The notes under the pieces: model-generated | What the model was told of the DNA's origin: nothing | Seen by the model: only the letters and a program-made list of their open reading frames with translations | The model's database searches: none | Assembly (NCBI GenBank): GCA_044237845.1 | Contig: JBIIEL010000003.1 | Coordinates: 32,925-96,924, forward strand | Direction: 5' to 3' | Length of the DNA: 64,000 nt | Origin: Rickettsiales bacterium | Lineage (GTDB): Bacteria; Pseudomonadota; Alphaproteobacteria; Rickettsiales; UBA3002 | Shown here: piece after piece, positions 14,850 to 23,572 of the stretch | Position numbering within the stretch: the stretch's first letter is position 1 | Layout: the number at the start of each line of letters is the position of its first letter | Translations under genes and position numbers: made by a program

Positions 14850-17327
14850 ATGGCTTTTCGCACCGTTATCGCTTCTTCCTGTCGGCAAGCGCTACTGCTT
14901 GGCACGGCGTGCTTGGCATGGGCAATGCTTCCCATGTGTGCGGCAGAAGCGCGCGACCTGGTGCCTAATTTGCCTAGCGTGGAAGTGAACCTCGGTGCGT
15001 TGCGTGGCCTGCAACCGCAGAAAGTTATTGAAGCGCCGCTGCCTCCTGCTGTCGAGCGCAAAGTACCGCGCGAACAGCCAGGGCAGGGCCGTGTAGTGCC
15101 TTTCGAAAATCCTGCAGCCACACCCTATAGCAGAAACATCAAAGAGAAAAAATTCAAGCAACCCGCGGTAGAGGCGATGCCTTCTTCGACCCCTGCGCCC
15201 ATTCCCGCACCGATACCCGTTGCGCCTCCTACACCTGCACCGCCACCGCCTGTGACTAAGGTGCTGCCTGTTCCTGTACCGGTGATGGCGCCGAAGCCTG
15301 TACCACAACCCGCGCCTGTTCCTGTTGCGCCGCCACTGCCTGCGCCTAAAACGTCGGCACCTGTGCTCGCGCCATTGCCGATGCCGCAGGATGCACCGGA
15401 AGTGAAGATACCACCGCAGATGGAGAGAAAAGTTTCTCCCGCGATTCCGATGGTAAACCCAAGAAAAGCACCTGAGCCAGAATTGCCGCCGATACCTGCG
15501 CAACCCGAGAAAGCTCCGGCACCGGTGGTAGCACCGCTTACGGTTACTGTTCCATTAGCGAAGGAAAAAGCATCCGTCACGGTGGTGCCACCAGCGCCGG
15601 ATGTCAGTAAGCTTGATTTCTCGAAAATGCCGGCGCCGCAACCTGCGCCTGTGCCCGAATTGAAGTTAAGAAAAGCGCCTGTCGCTGCGCCAGTTATCGT
15701 ACCTGTCGAGGAGATGACTCCCCCACCGTTGCCGCCGACCGTTCAAAAGCGTTTGGATACACTTACAACCCCGCCGGAGCCAAAGCAGCAAGGGATCATC
15801 AGCGATAAAACGCGTATTGAGGATCCAACGGTGAAAATCCGCAAAGACCTCGACGCTAAAGCACGTGAAGAGGCAAAGAAAAAAGCCGATGCTGCGGCGA
15901 AAGAGAAGACCGGGATGTCTGCATTACCACCGGTGCCGCCGATAAAAGCGCCTGCGCAAGCGGCATCGCCGATGATGATTCCGGTCCCAGAGAAATTGCC
16001 TCCGGCAGAGATGCCACCTCTGCCTGTACCGTCTGTGGAGGCACCAAAGCCTGAACCTGTGAAACCAACGCTGCCGCCCGTGGTTGAAGTGAAAAAAGAT
16101 GCTCCGGATATCAGCAAGCTCGACTTCTCAAAAATGCCTTCCCCTCCTGTTGAGGCGAAGAAAGATGCGTCGAAAAAAGAAGAAGCTAAGCCAGTGGCGG
16201 CGCCAGTGCCGCTGCCACCTGTGGTAGAAGCGAAGAAAGATGCGCCGGCGATGCTGCCGAAAGCAGAGATGTTGCCACCACCACAATTACCGCCGGTGGA
16301 AGCGAAGAAGCCATCGTCGGACCCGATTAAGCCGATCACCTTACCGAAAACGGAAATTGCACCGCCGCCGCCATTGCCGCCTACAGAGACAAAGAAAAAG
16401 GATGCTCTTGTGCCACCTGCGCTTCCTCCGATGCCAGCGCTGACGCCGCCATCAGAAGTAAAAAAGGAAGAGCCAAAGCCGGAGGTGAAGAAGGATGAGA
16501 AACCCTCTCTGCCACCGATTGCGCCGCTCGTACCACCAACGGCAGCACCATCGAAACTGCCACCGCTCACCGCGCTAACAGGCGGAAAAGCACCGTCGAC
16601 GCAGGATATTCTTCAGCCAAAAGATTTGGTGGAAGCCAAGCCGCTTGCTGCGCCAGCCGCGCCGGATGTGAAAATGACACCACCACCTGCGCCACCGAGC
16701 GCCTTGCCGAAGCTGCCGCCGATCGAGCCGGTGAAGGAAGCGACGAAATTGCCATCGCCTGCGGTGCTCATTCCGGTTGAGCCGAAGAAAGAAGCGCCTG
16801 AAGCAAAAACTTCTGCCTCACCGGTCGAGATGAAGCCGCCTGTGGATGTAAAGAAAGAACTGCCGAAGGAAGCCGTTAAGCCGCCAGGATTACCGCCTAT
16901 GCCGCTTCCTGAAGTAAAAAAAGAAGAGCCGAAGAAAGAAGCGCCAAAAGCCGAAGCAAAACCAGCGGCACCGCCCGCGCCGCCAGTAGCCATACCGCCG
17001 GTTGTACCGGCGCCTGCGGGGGAGGCGATGACACGTAGCGTGTCGTTCGCGAAGGATAAGTCTGATCTGGCGGATGATACTAAGTCCGACCTCGCAGAGG
17101 TGGCAGAGAAAGTGAAGAAATCACAAGGGAATGTAAGGATTGTGGCGTATGCTGCGGGCTCGCCGGAGCAGTCCTCGGTGGCAAAACGCATCTCGCTTTC
17201 GCGCGCGCTGGCGATTCGCGCTTTCCTCATCAGCAAGGGCGTGAACCAGCTGAACATCAACGTGCAGGCGCTGGGCAACCAAGTGCCAAGTGGCGATGCC
17301 GACCGTGCCGATGTGTTTGTGAAGTAG
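14850..17327 (+). CDS. Very long proline-rich envelope protein with a C-terminal OmpA/MotB-like peptidoglycan-binding domain
   Basis: 825 aa. An N-terminal signal sequence (LLLGTACLAWAMLPMCAAEA) is followed by about 650 aa of P/A/V/K/E-rich repeats. The last ~100 aa (VSFAKDKSDL...RIVAYAAGSPEQSSVAKRISLSRALAIRAFLISKGV...ADVFV) are OmpA_C-like. Confidence 0.7.
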   Translation: MAFRTVIASSCRQALLLGTACLAWAMLPMCAAEARDLVPNLPSVEVNLGALRGLQPQKVIEAPLPPAVERKVPREQPGQGRVVPFENPAATPYSRNIKEKKFKQPAVEAMPSSTPAPIPAPIPVAPPTPAPPPPVTKVLPVPVPVMAPKPVPQPAPVPVAPPLPAPKTSAPVLAPLPMPQDAPEVKIPPQMERKVSPAIPMVNPRKAPEPELPPIPAQPEKAPAPVVAPLTVTVPLAKEKASVTVVPPAPDVSKLDFSKMPAPQPAPVPELKLRKAPVAAPVIVPVEEMTPPPLPPTVQKRLDTLTTPPEPKQQGIISDKTRIEDPTVKIRKDLDAKAREEAKKKADAAAKEKTGMSALPPVPPIKAPAQAASPMMIPVPEKLPPAEMPPLPVPSVEAPKPEPVKPTLPPVVEVKKDAPDISKLDFSKMPSPPVEAKKDASKKEEAKPVAAPVPLPPVVEAKKDAPAMLPKAEMLPPPQLPPVEAKKPSSDPIKPITLPKTEIAPPPPLPPTETKKKDALVPPALPPMPALTPPSEVKKEEPKPEVKKDEKPSLPPIAPLVPPTAAPSKLPPLTALTGGKAPSTQDILQPKDLVEAKPLAAPAAPDVKMTPPPAPPSALPKLPPIEPVKEATKLPSPAVLIPVEPKKEAPEAKTSASPVEMKPPVDVKKELPKEAVKPPGLPPMPLPEVKKEEPKKEAPKAEAKPAAPPAPPVAIPPVVPAPAGEAMTRSVSFAKDKSDLADDTKSDLAEVAEKVKKSQGNVRIVAYAAGSPEQSSVAKRISLSRALAIRAFLISKGVNQLNINVQALGNQVPSGDADRADVFVK

Positions 17328-18143
17328 CTAGCGGTTCTGAGAAAATAAAGGTCGGTTTCCGCTAGCTATCATCTCTGAGGAGACGCGGGCAGGAATACCC
17401 GTTGCACACTGGATAGTGGCAAGTATGTTTTCCATCATGTATGGCTTTACAATCCGACCGTTTGCACCTGAATGGATGACCGCATTCTTGAAGCTAAATG
17501 ACTCTGTTTTTGGGGTAGTATCGGTTCCGGCGACAAAGCAAATACGAAAGGTGCAGTTGTTAGACTCGTCGTCTACAGATAGCGAGAGGCTCTGTATTCT
17601 TGGACTTTGTGCTTTGATGCTTTCTAGGCCTTTATAAAATTGCTGCATCTCTTGTGGTATTTCTGAGGAGATTAGTTTTTTTACAGGCTTCGGTGCTGGG
17701 GGCTTTTTTTCCGGTCTCGGCTTTATCGTGCGCGGTGGTTTTACCACTCTCTCTTTTATAACAGCTTCTTTTACAATGGGTGCTGGTTTTTTAATGGGAT
17801 TTTCCGTCAGGAAATCTTTCGCGCGCTGACGCAGCGACTCTTTTGACTCTGCGAGGATAAAGCCTTGCGTGCCTGCTTCTTCAATGAGCGCGGATATGTG
17901 GCTTTTGAGCGCATCGCGTGGGCAGGGAATGGCGGTGCCAATGGCAAAGGAAGGCCCCGCGATGCTGCTGAGCTTGATTCTTAAGGTGGCGGTTTCGGGC
18001 GTGATGCTGTTTGGTTCGAGCGCTACTGCGATTCTGTAAGAACGCCCATCGCTATCATAATGGGGATCGTGTTTCGTTAGATTACGAAGCGTTTTTTGAA
18101 TTGTTCCTGAAGGCGAAGGTGTATGTATCGCGTCATTCATCAC
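17328..18143 (-). CDS. Hypothetical protein (orphan)
   Basis: 271 aa with no recognisable domain. It has a central K/P-rich linker (KKPAPIVKE...KPRPEKKPPAPKPVKK). It is AT-richer than its flanks and abuts the OmpA-like gene stop-to-stop. Confidence 0.5.
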   Translation of the reverse strand: MMNDAIHTPSPSGTIQKTLRNLTKHDPHYDSDGRSYRIAVALEPNSITPETATLRIKLSSIAGPSFAIGTAIPCPRDALKSHISALIEEAGTQGFILAESKESLRQRAKDFLTENPIKKPAPIVKEAVIKERVVKPPRTIKPRPEKKPPAPKPVKKLISSEIPQEMQQFYKGLESIKAQSPRIQSLSLSVDDESNNCTFRICFVAGTDTTPKTESFSFKNAVIHSGANGRIVKPYMMENILATIQCATGIPARVSSEMIASGNRPLFSQNR

Positions 18144-18212
18144 GGGTAAACCTAGTCTGTTAATCTAGGTTCAGCGTAGCACAACTTCCTTTACAAATGA
18201 TGAAGATGGCCA

Positions 18213-18236
18213 CAAAAAATGAGCCCGCGCTCATGG
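18213..18236 (-). terminator. Rho-independent terminator after the ABC transporter gene
   Basis: The minus strand reads ccATGAGCgcggGCTCATtttttgtgg, a 6-bp stem plus T-run, 13 nt after the stop. Confidence 0.6.
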
Positions 18237-18248
18237 AATTACAATGGG

Positions 18249-20012
18249 TTACTCGCTAAACTGCAATTCGGCGAGGCGTTTGTAGAGCGGGTTGCTGGTG
18301 AGTAACTGCGCGTGGGTGCCGGTGGCCTCGATCTTGCCGTTGCTCATCACGATGATACGATCCGCCTTGATGACGGTAGCGAGGCGATGGGCGATGACCA
18401 GCGTGGTGCGCTCACGCATCACCGCTTCGAGCGCGTGTTGAATCGCAGTTTCGTTCTCGGCATCCAGCGCGGACGTCGCTTCATCCAGCAGCAGCACGCG
18501 CGGGTCGCGCACGATGGCGCGGGCAATGGCGACGCGCTGGCGCTGCCCGCCGGAAAGCCGCACGCCTTTTTCACCGAGATGGGTGTTCAGCCCCTCCGGC
18601 AGCGCTTCGAGGAACTCGAGTGCGGAGGCGGTTTTGGCAGCGGCGAGGATTTCTGCCTCCGTCGCGGTTGGCTTTCCTATACGGATATTCTCCCACGCGG
18701 TGGTGGAGAAGATGACCGGGTCTTGCGGCACGATGCCGATGCGGCTGCGCCAGTCGCGCGGGTCGAGCGTGCGCAAATCGTGCCCATCCACGCGGATGAT
18801 GCCGAATTGTGGGTCGTAAAACCGCAGCAGCATTTGGAACAGCGTGGTTTTTCCCGCGCCGGAGGGGCCGACGATGGCGACCGTTTCGCCTGGCTCAATA
18901 CGGAAGGAAACGTTGGAAAGCGCCGCGACATCCGCCCGCGTGGGGTAGTGGAAAGTCACATGCTCGAAGGAGAGGCGGCCATCCGGCGGCTTGGTGAAGA
19001 TATGCGGGTTGGCAGGCGTGGTGATTTCAGGGTTGAGCGCCATCAGCTCCATCAACCGCTCGGTAGCACCAGCGGCGCGTTGCAGCTCGCCCACCACTTC
19101 GGAGAGCGCGCCGAGCGACCCGGCAACCACCACCGCGTAGAAAATAAATGCGGAGAGATCCCCCGCCGTGATGCGCCCCGCCACGACATCCTGCCCGCCG
19201 ATATAGAGCACGGTGATGATGGCACCAAACACGAGGCAGATGACAATCGCGGTGAGGATGGCACGTAGGCGAATGCGCGCGAGCGCGGTTGAAAGCGTGT
19301 CGCCGACCAGCGTGCTGAAGCGGGCGTTCTCGGCGTCTTCGAGTGCCATGGCGTGGATGGTGCGGATGGCACCAATGGTTTCTTCCGCGTGCGCTGAAAT
19401 GTCGCCCACTTTGTTTTGCGTGGCGCGCGAGAGCGCCCGCACGCGCTTACCCAGCGTGATGATCGGCAGAATCACGAGCGGCAGCATCAGCAGCAGATAT
19501 TCCGACAGCCGCACAGAGGTGATGAGGAGCATGGTGAAGCCGCCGACAAACATCAGCGTGTTGCGCAGGAAAATGGAAACCGAGGAGCCAACCACGGTTT
19601 GCAGCAGCGTGGTATCCGTGGTGATGCGCGAGAGCAGGTCGCCCGTGCGGGTGGATTCGAAATAGGCCGTGTGCATGGAAAGTACCTTGGCGAAAATATC
19701 GCGGCGGATATCGGCGACGACGGATTCGCCCACCCACGAGACGAGCAGGTAACGCGTGTACGTCGCGGCGGCGAGGGCGACGACCACGCCGAGCAGAATG
19801 AGATAGCCCTGACCGAGCAGCGTGGGGTTACCTTTGGCGATGCCTTCATCCACCAGGTAGCGCATGCCACTGCCCATGGCGAGGACGCTGCTCGAGGTGA
19901 ACACGAGCGCCACCAGCGCGCCGATGGCCTTGCGTTTATACGGTGCGAGGTAGCGCCCGAGATAGCGCAGGCTGCTGAGTTTACCTTTGGGCGGGAGTTC
20001 GGTGGTGGTCAT
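18249..20012 (-). CDS. ABCB-type half transporter (fused permease/ATPase; MsbA/Atm1-like)
   Basis: 587 aa. Six TM helices are followed by Walker A GPSGAGKTT, signature LSGGQRQRVAIARA and Walker B LLLDEATSALD. Confidence 0.9.
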   Translation of the reverse strand: MTTTELPPKGKLSSLRYLGRYLAPYKRKAIGALVALVFTSSSVLAMGSGMRYLVDEGIAKGNPTLLGQGYLILLGVVVALAAATYTRYLLVSWVGESVVADIRRDIFAKVLSMHTAYFESTRTGDLLSRITTDTTLLQTVVGSSVSIFLRNTLMFVGGFTMLLITSVRLSEYLLLMLPLVILPIITLGKRVRALSRATQNKVGDISAHAEETIGAIRTIHAMALEDAENARFSTLVGDTLSTALARIRLRAILTAIVICLVFGAIITVLYIGGQDVVAGRITAGDLSAFIFYAVVVAGSLGALSEVVGELQRAAGATERLMELMALNPEITTPANPHIFTKPPDGRLSFEHVTFHYPTRADVAALSNVSFRIEPGETVAIVGPSGAGKTTLFQMLLRFYDPQFGIIRVDGHDLRTLDPRDWRSRIGIVPQDPVIFSTTAWENIRIGKPTATEAEILAAAKTASALEFLEALPEGLNTHLGEKGVRLSGGQRQRVAIARAIVRDPRVLLLDEATSALDAENETAIQHALEAVMRERTTLVIAHRLATVIKADRIIVMSNGKIEATGTHAQLLTSNPLYKRLAELQFSE

Positions 20013-20332
20013 AGCGTAACTACAATCTCATGGGTGGCGAGTTCGTGGCGTAGCATATCGGCGAGCGATGCGCCATCCGCCAGTTGCCATGCTTGCGCGG
20101 AGGCGCTCCACGAAAAATGAGAGCCGCCGGAAATGGGTGAGGCGAGCCAGAGCTGGCGCGTCGGCGCATGTTTGGTGACGAGGAAGGTTTTGCCGTTCGC
20201 GGTGACAAGGGTGAGGATGCCGTTTTGTAGCTCCAGTTCGTCGAGCGCGCCGCTGTCATAGGCGCCATCCAGCGCGGCGAAATAGCGCTCAAGCGTTGCA
20301 TCGGCAAGGGTATGAAACTCGGTTTCGTCCAC
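20009..20332 (-). CDS. cyaY: Frataxin homologue CyaY
   Basis: The C-terminal 107 aa of track ORF 20009..20950 read (V)DETEFHTLADATLERYFAALD...LELQNGILTLV...TRQLWLASPISGGSHF, matching CyaY. GTG start at 20332. Its stop overlaps the ABC transporter ATG by 4 nt. Confidence 0.7.
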   Translation of the reverse strand: MDETEFHTLADATLERYFAALDGAYDSGALDELELQNGILTLVTANGKTFLVTKHAPTRQLWLASPISGGSHFSWSASAQAWQLADGASLADMLRHELATHEIVVTL

Positions 20333-20440
20333 GGGGCGCCTTTGGTTGGGGTGATGCGTTCTCGTAGCCGATTCCCACCTATGCAGGCCAGTTAAAAATA
20401 GTTCCCTAAACTTCACGTGACGCGGCGGGGCTTTTAGGCT

Positions 20441-22660
20441 ATGACCCCGCCGATGACAGAAAAACCTCGCACTGCCCCGAAGAAAAAGCCTGCGGCAAAA
20501 CGGGCGCCCGCTAAGGGCAATGCGGCCTATCGTGGCCGTGGCAGCCGCCGTGCGCGGGTGAAAACGGCGGATGGGCTGATGCCCGAGCGCAGCGTGATCG
20601 CGATTTTTATTGCGCGCATGCTGATGGCGGGCGTGATTATCGGTGGGCTGGCGGTGATGTATTTCATGGTCAGCATGCCGGATATCAGCTCGATCGATAC
20701 CATCCGCAAGCAACAGGGCATCACCGTGCTTTCGGCCGATGGGCGCACGGTCGCGAACTATGGCGATGTGTATGGCGAATATATTCCCTATGAGAAATTG
20801 CCCCGTCACCTGGTTCAGGCAGTGGTGGCCACGGAAGACCGGCGTTTTTTTGCACATGGGGGCATTGATGTCTGGGGCATTGCGCGGGCAATGTTTGTTA
20901 ATGTGCGTGCGGGCCACATGGTGCAGGGCGGCTCGACTGTCACGCAGCAAGTGGCGAAGAATGTTTTCCTCACGCCGGACCGCACGCTGATGCGCAAGGC
21001 GCAGGAGGCGTTGCTGGCCCTGTGGCTGGAGGCGCGGTTCAGCAAAAAAGAGATCATGGCGATTTACCTGAACCGCGTCTATCTCGGCGCGGGCACGTTC
21101 GGTATTGATGCGGCAGCGAAGCGCTATTTTAACAAAAGTGCGAAAGATTTAACGCTTGAGGAATCGGCGCTGCTCACCGGCTTGCTCAAGGCACCGTCGC
21201 GCTATTCCCCCGCCAGCAACAGCGAACGCGCGCGGGCACGTATGCATCAGGTGCTGGTGAATATGGAAGATGCCGGGTTCATCAACAAAGCGCAGGTGAA
21301 AAAATCACTCGCGACCTATGCGGCCTCGCCCTCGCACAAGGCGGAAGGCGGCGAGGTGCGCTACTTCACCGACTGGATTATCGAGGAGCTGCCGAAATAT
21401 GTCGGGCAGGTGGAAGAAGACATGGTGGTGACCACCACGCTCGACGGCGAGTTGCAGCAAAAAGCGGTGGATGCGCTACAGACTATCGTCAGCAAGGAAG
21501 GCCCCGCCAAACGTGTCAGCCAAGGCGCGATTGTCGCCATGCAGTCGGACGGCGCGGTGCAGGCCATGGTGGGCGGGTTGTCCTATGGCGAAAGCCAGTA
21601 TAACCGCGCCGCGCAGGCGAAGCGCCAGCCGGGCTCGGTGTTCAAACTGTTCGTGTATCTCGCGGCGCTGGAGGCGGGGGTGAAACCATACTCCACCGTG
21701 CTCGATGCGCCAGTCTCGCTGTATGTCGGGAATAAAGTCTGGGCGCCGGAAAACTATAACGAGGATTCTTACCTCGGTGAAATTCCAATGGTGGTAGCGC
21801 TACGCAACTCGCTCAACACCGTGTCGGTGCGCCTCGGGCAATATGCGGGGTTTGGCCGCGTGGCAAATATGGCTGAGCGCCTTGGCATTCCGAGCGTGCC
21901 CTCGCATCCGTCCATCGTGCTCGGCTCGGTGGAGGCGACGCTGCTTGAGATGACGGGCGCCTATGCGCATCTGGCCAATAACGGCAATAAGGTGGTGCCC
22001 TATGGCATTACGCTCGTAAAAACGCGCAAGGGCAATAAAGAGCTCTATAAGCACGAGAAGGCGGAGCCTGAATCCATCCTTGCGCAGGGCACGGTGGAGA
22101 TGATGAACTACATGCTGCTCGACGTGGTGGCGCGCGGTACCGGTACCAAGGCGCGCCTTGCCGATCGGCAGGTGGCGGGAAAAACCGGCACCAGCCAGAA
22201 CTTCAAAGATGCGTGGTTCATTGGCTTCACCCCGCAGATGGTGACGGGCGTGTGGGTCGGTAACGACGACAACAAGCCGATGCGCAAAATCACCGGCGGC
22301 ACCATCCCCTCTGCCGTGTGGAAAAGCTTTATGGCGAGCGCCATGCAGGGCAAGCCCGTGCTGCCGATTCCGAACGCCGCTTCCTCCGGCGAAGGCATGC
22401 TGCCATGGCTGTTTGGCAATGGCGAATCCGGCGAAGGCGAGTCGGGAACCGAGGGTGAGATAAGCACCGTCGATGGCGAGAGCGGGGCGAATGTGCTCAC
22501 CACCCCGCAGGATATGCCCGCGGGCGGCAATGGCGAAGAAGGTGGTGACGGCGATGTGCTGACCCCCCAATTCTGGAACAAGCTGATGGATAAAGCGGTG
22601 CCTGACAAAGGGGATGTCGACGTGGAATATAGCTACCCCGGCGATGGACGCCGGCGGTAG
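20441..22660 (+). CDS. mrcA: Penicillin-binding protein 1A (bifunctional transglycosylase/transpeptidase)
   Basis: 739 aa. GT51 motifs (EDRRFFAHGGID, GGSTVTQQ, RKAQEA), transpeptidase SVFK and KTGT, and a basic N-terminal cytoplasmic tail. Confidence 0.9.
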   Translation: MTPPMTEKPRTAPKKKPAAKRAPAKGNAAYRGRGSRRARVKTADGLMPERSVIAIFIARMLMAGVIIGGLAVMYFMVSMPDISSIDTIRKQQGITVLSADGRTVANYGDVYGEYIPYEKLPRHLVQAVVATEDRRFFAHGGIDVWGIARAMFVNVRAGHMVQGGSTVTQQVAKNVFLTPDRTLMRKAQEALLALWLEARFSKKEIMAIYLNRVYLGAGTFGIDAAAKRYFNKSAKDLTLEESALLTGLLKAPSRYSPASNSERARARMHQVLVNMEDAGFINKAQVKKSLATYAASPSHKAEGGEVRYFTDWIIEELPKYVGQVEEDMVVTTTLDGELQQKAVDALQTIVSKEGPAKRVSQGAIVAMQSDGAVQAMVGGLSYGESQYNRAAQAKRQPGSVFKLFVYLAALEAGVKPYSTVLDAPVSLYVGNKVWAPENYNEDSYLGEIPMVVALRNSLNTVSVRLGQYAGFGRVANMAERLGIPSVPSHPSIVLGSVEATLLEMTGAYAHLANNGNKVVPYGITLVKTRKGNKELYKHEKAEPESILAQGTVEMMNYMLLDVVARGTGTKARLADRQVAGKTGTSQNFKDAWFIGFTPQMVTGVWVGNDDNKPMRKITGGTIPSAVWKSFMASAMQGKPVLPIPNAASSGEGMLPWLFGNGESGEGESGTEGEISTVDGESGANVLTTPQDMPAGGNGEEGGDGDVLTPQFWNKLMDKAVPDKGDVDVEYSYPGDGRRR

Positions 22661-22674
22661 CGCTTCTCTAAAAA

Positions 22675-23400
22675 CTACGCATTAAACCGATAAAGGTCTT
22701 TGCCGTGCAGGGTGAGCCATTCTTTGGCGGCTTCGTAGTCGGGGCAGATGGTCTCGACCGCATTCCAGAACGCACGGCTATGGTTCATGTGACGCAGATG
22801 CGCGACCTCGTGCGCGACGACATATTCCATCACCTCGCGCGGGGCGAAGATCAGGCGGTAGGAGAACGAGAGGCGCGCGGTGGAGGAACAGCTGCCCCAG
22901 CGGCTGCGCGTATCGCGCACGGTGACGCGGTCAAGCCGGCGCCCCAAACGGGCGGCGTCGCGCTCGGCGAGTTTGGTGAGGGTGACGCTGGCGATTTTCT
23001 TCAGCGCTTCGGTGACACGCTCGGCAAATTCATCGCGCGGGCCGGCGACATAGAGCACGTCATCTTTCACGATCCATTTGCGGCGCAGGGTTTCGTCGTG
23101 CTTGATGCGCACGCGTTTGCCCAGCAGCGGGATGACGACGCCCGGCTTGATATGTTTTTTGGTGGGCATGCTGTGTAGCGTTTCGATAAGCCACTCGCTT
23201 TTGAGCATCAGGAAACGCAGTCCGTCATTCACGCGCGTGTGGCGCGGCAGGGTGAGGGAGATGGCATGGTCGGTCGGGATGTAGCGTAGGCAGATGCGCT
23301 TGGCGCGATGATGGCGCCGAATGACCAGCGGCAAGACCTGCCCGCCGACATGAAGGTAATCGGGCAACGACTCGTTGCTCCATGCATGTTGCTTGCTCAT
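22675..23400 (-). CDS. YgjP-like (DUF45 / M48-related) metal-dependent hydrolase
   Basis: WGSCS and VVAHEVAHLRHMNHSRAFW motifs. The start is trimmed to ATG 23400 (MSKQHAW...). Confidence 0.7.
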   Translation of the reverse strand: MSKQHAWSNESLPDYLHVGGQVLPLVIRRHHRAKRICLRYIPTDHAISLTLPRHTRVNDGLRFLMLKSEWLIETLHSMPTKKHIKPGVVIPLLGKRVRIKHDETLRRKWIVKDDVLYVAGPRDEFAERVTEALKKIASVTLTKLAERDAARLGRRLDRVTVRDTRSRWGSCSSTARLSFSYRLIFAPREVMEYVVAHEVAHLRHMNHSRAFWNAVETICPDYEAAKEWLTLHGKDLYRFNA

Positions 23401-23572
23401 CGAGATCCTACTTCTTTTTATTGTTGGTGATGTGCGCGTTCTTGTTGCTCGCTCTTGCATCACATAGTAGCTAGCATGGGGGGTGCATGGGCGGCGGTCA
23501 ATAGCCCGTACCTGTCAACCCCCAAAAATATATTTTATCCACAGGGTAATTCTCAGGGGATTCAAAGGCATT

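Noticed and set aside
14892-17278. Several 200-275-aa antisense ORFs (14892..15503, 15743..16570, 16613..17278) rich in Gly/Ser/Ala.
   Set aside because: They are the reverse complement of the proline-rich (CCN) repeats of the OmpA-like gene. Only the plus frame has a signal peptide and an OmpA_C domain.
18144-18212. Possible tenth box upstream of orphan 17328..18143 (minus strand: cTTCATCATTTGTAAAGG ... TACGCT).
   Set aside because: The half-sites are 10 bp apart rather than 11, and poorly matched. The hexamer is about 10 nt away instead of 20-21. This is not consistent with the other nine instances.
20333-20950. Upstream two-thirds of the 313-aa track ORF 20009..20950.
   Set aside because: Only the last 107 aa are CyaY-like. 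The remainder overlaps the PBP1A gene and its promoter region on the other strand and has a junk-like R/H-rich composition.
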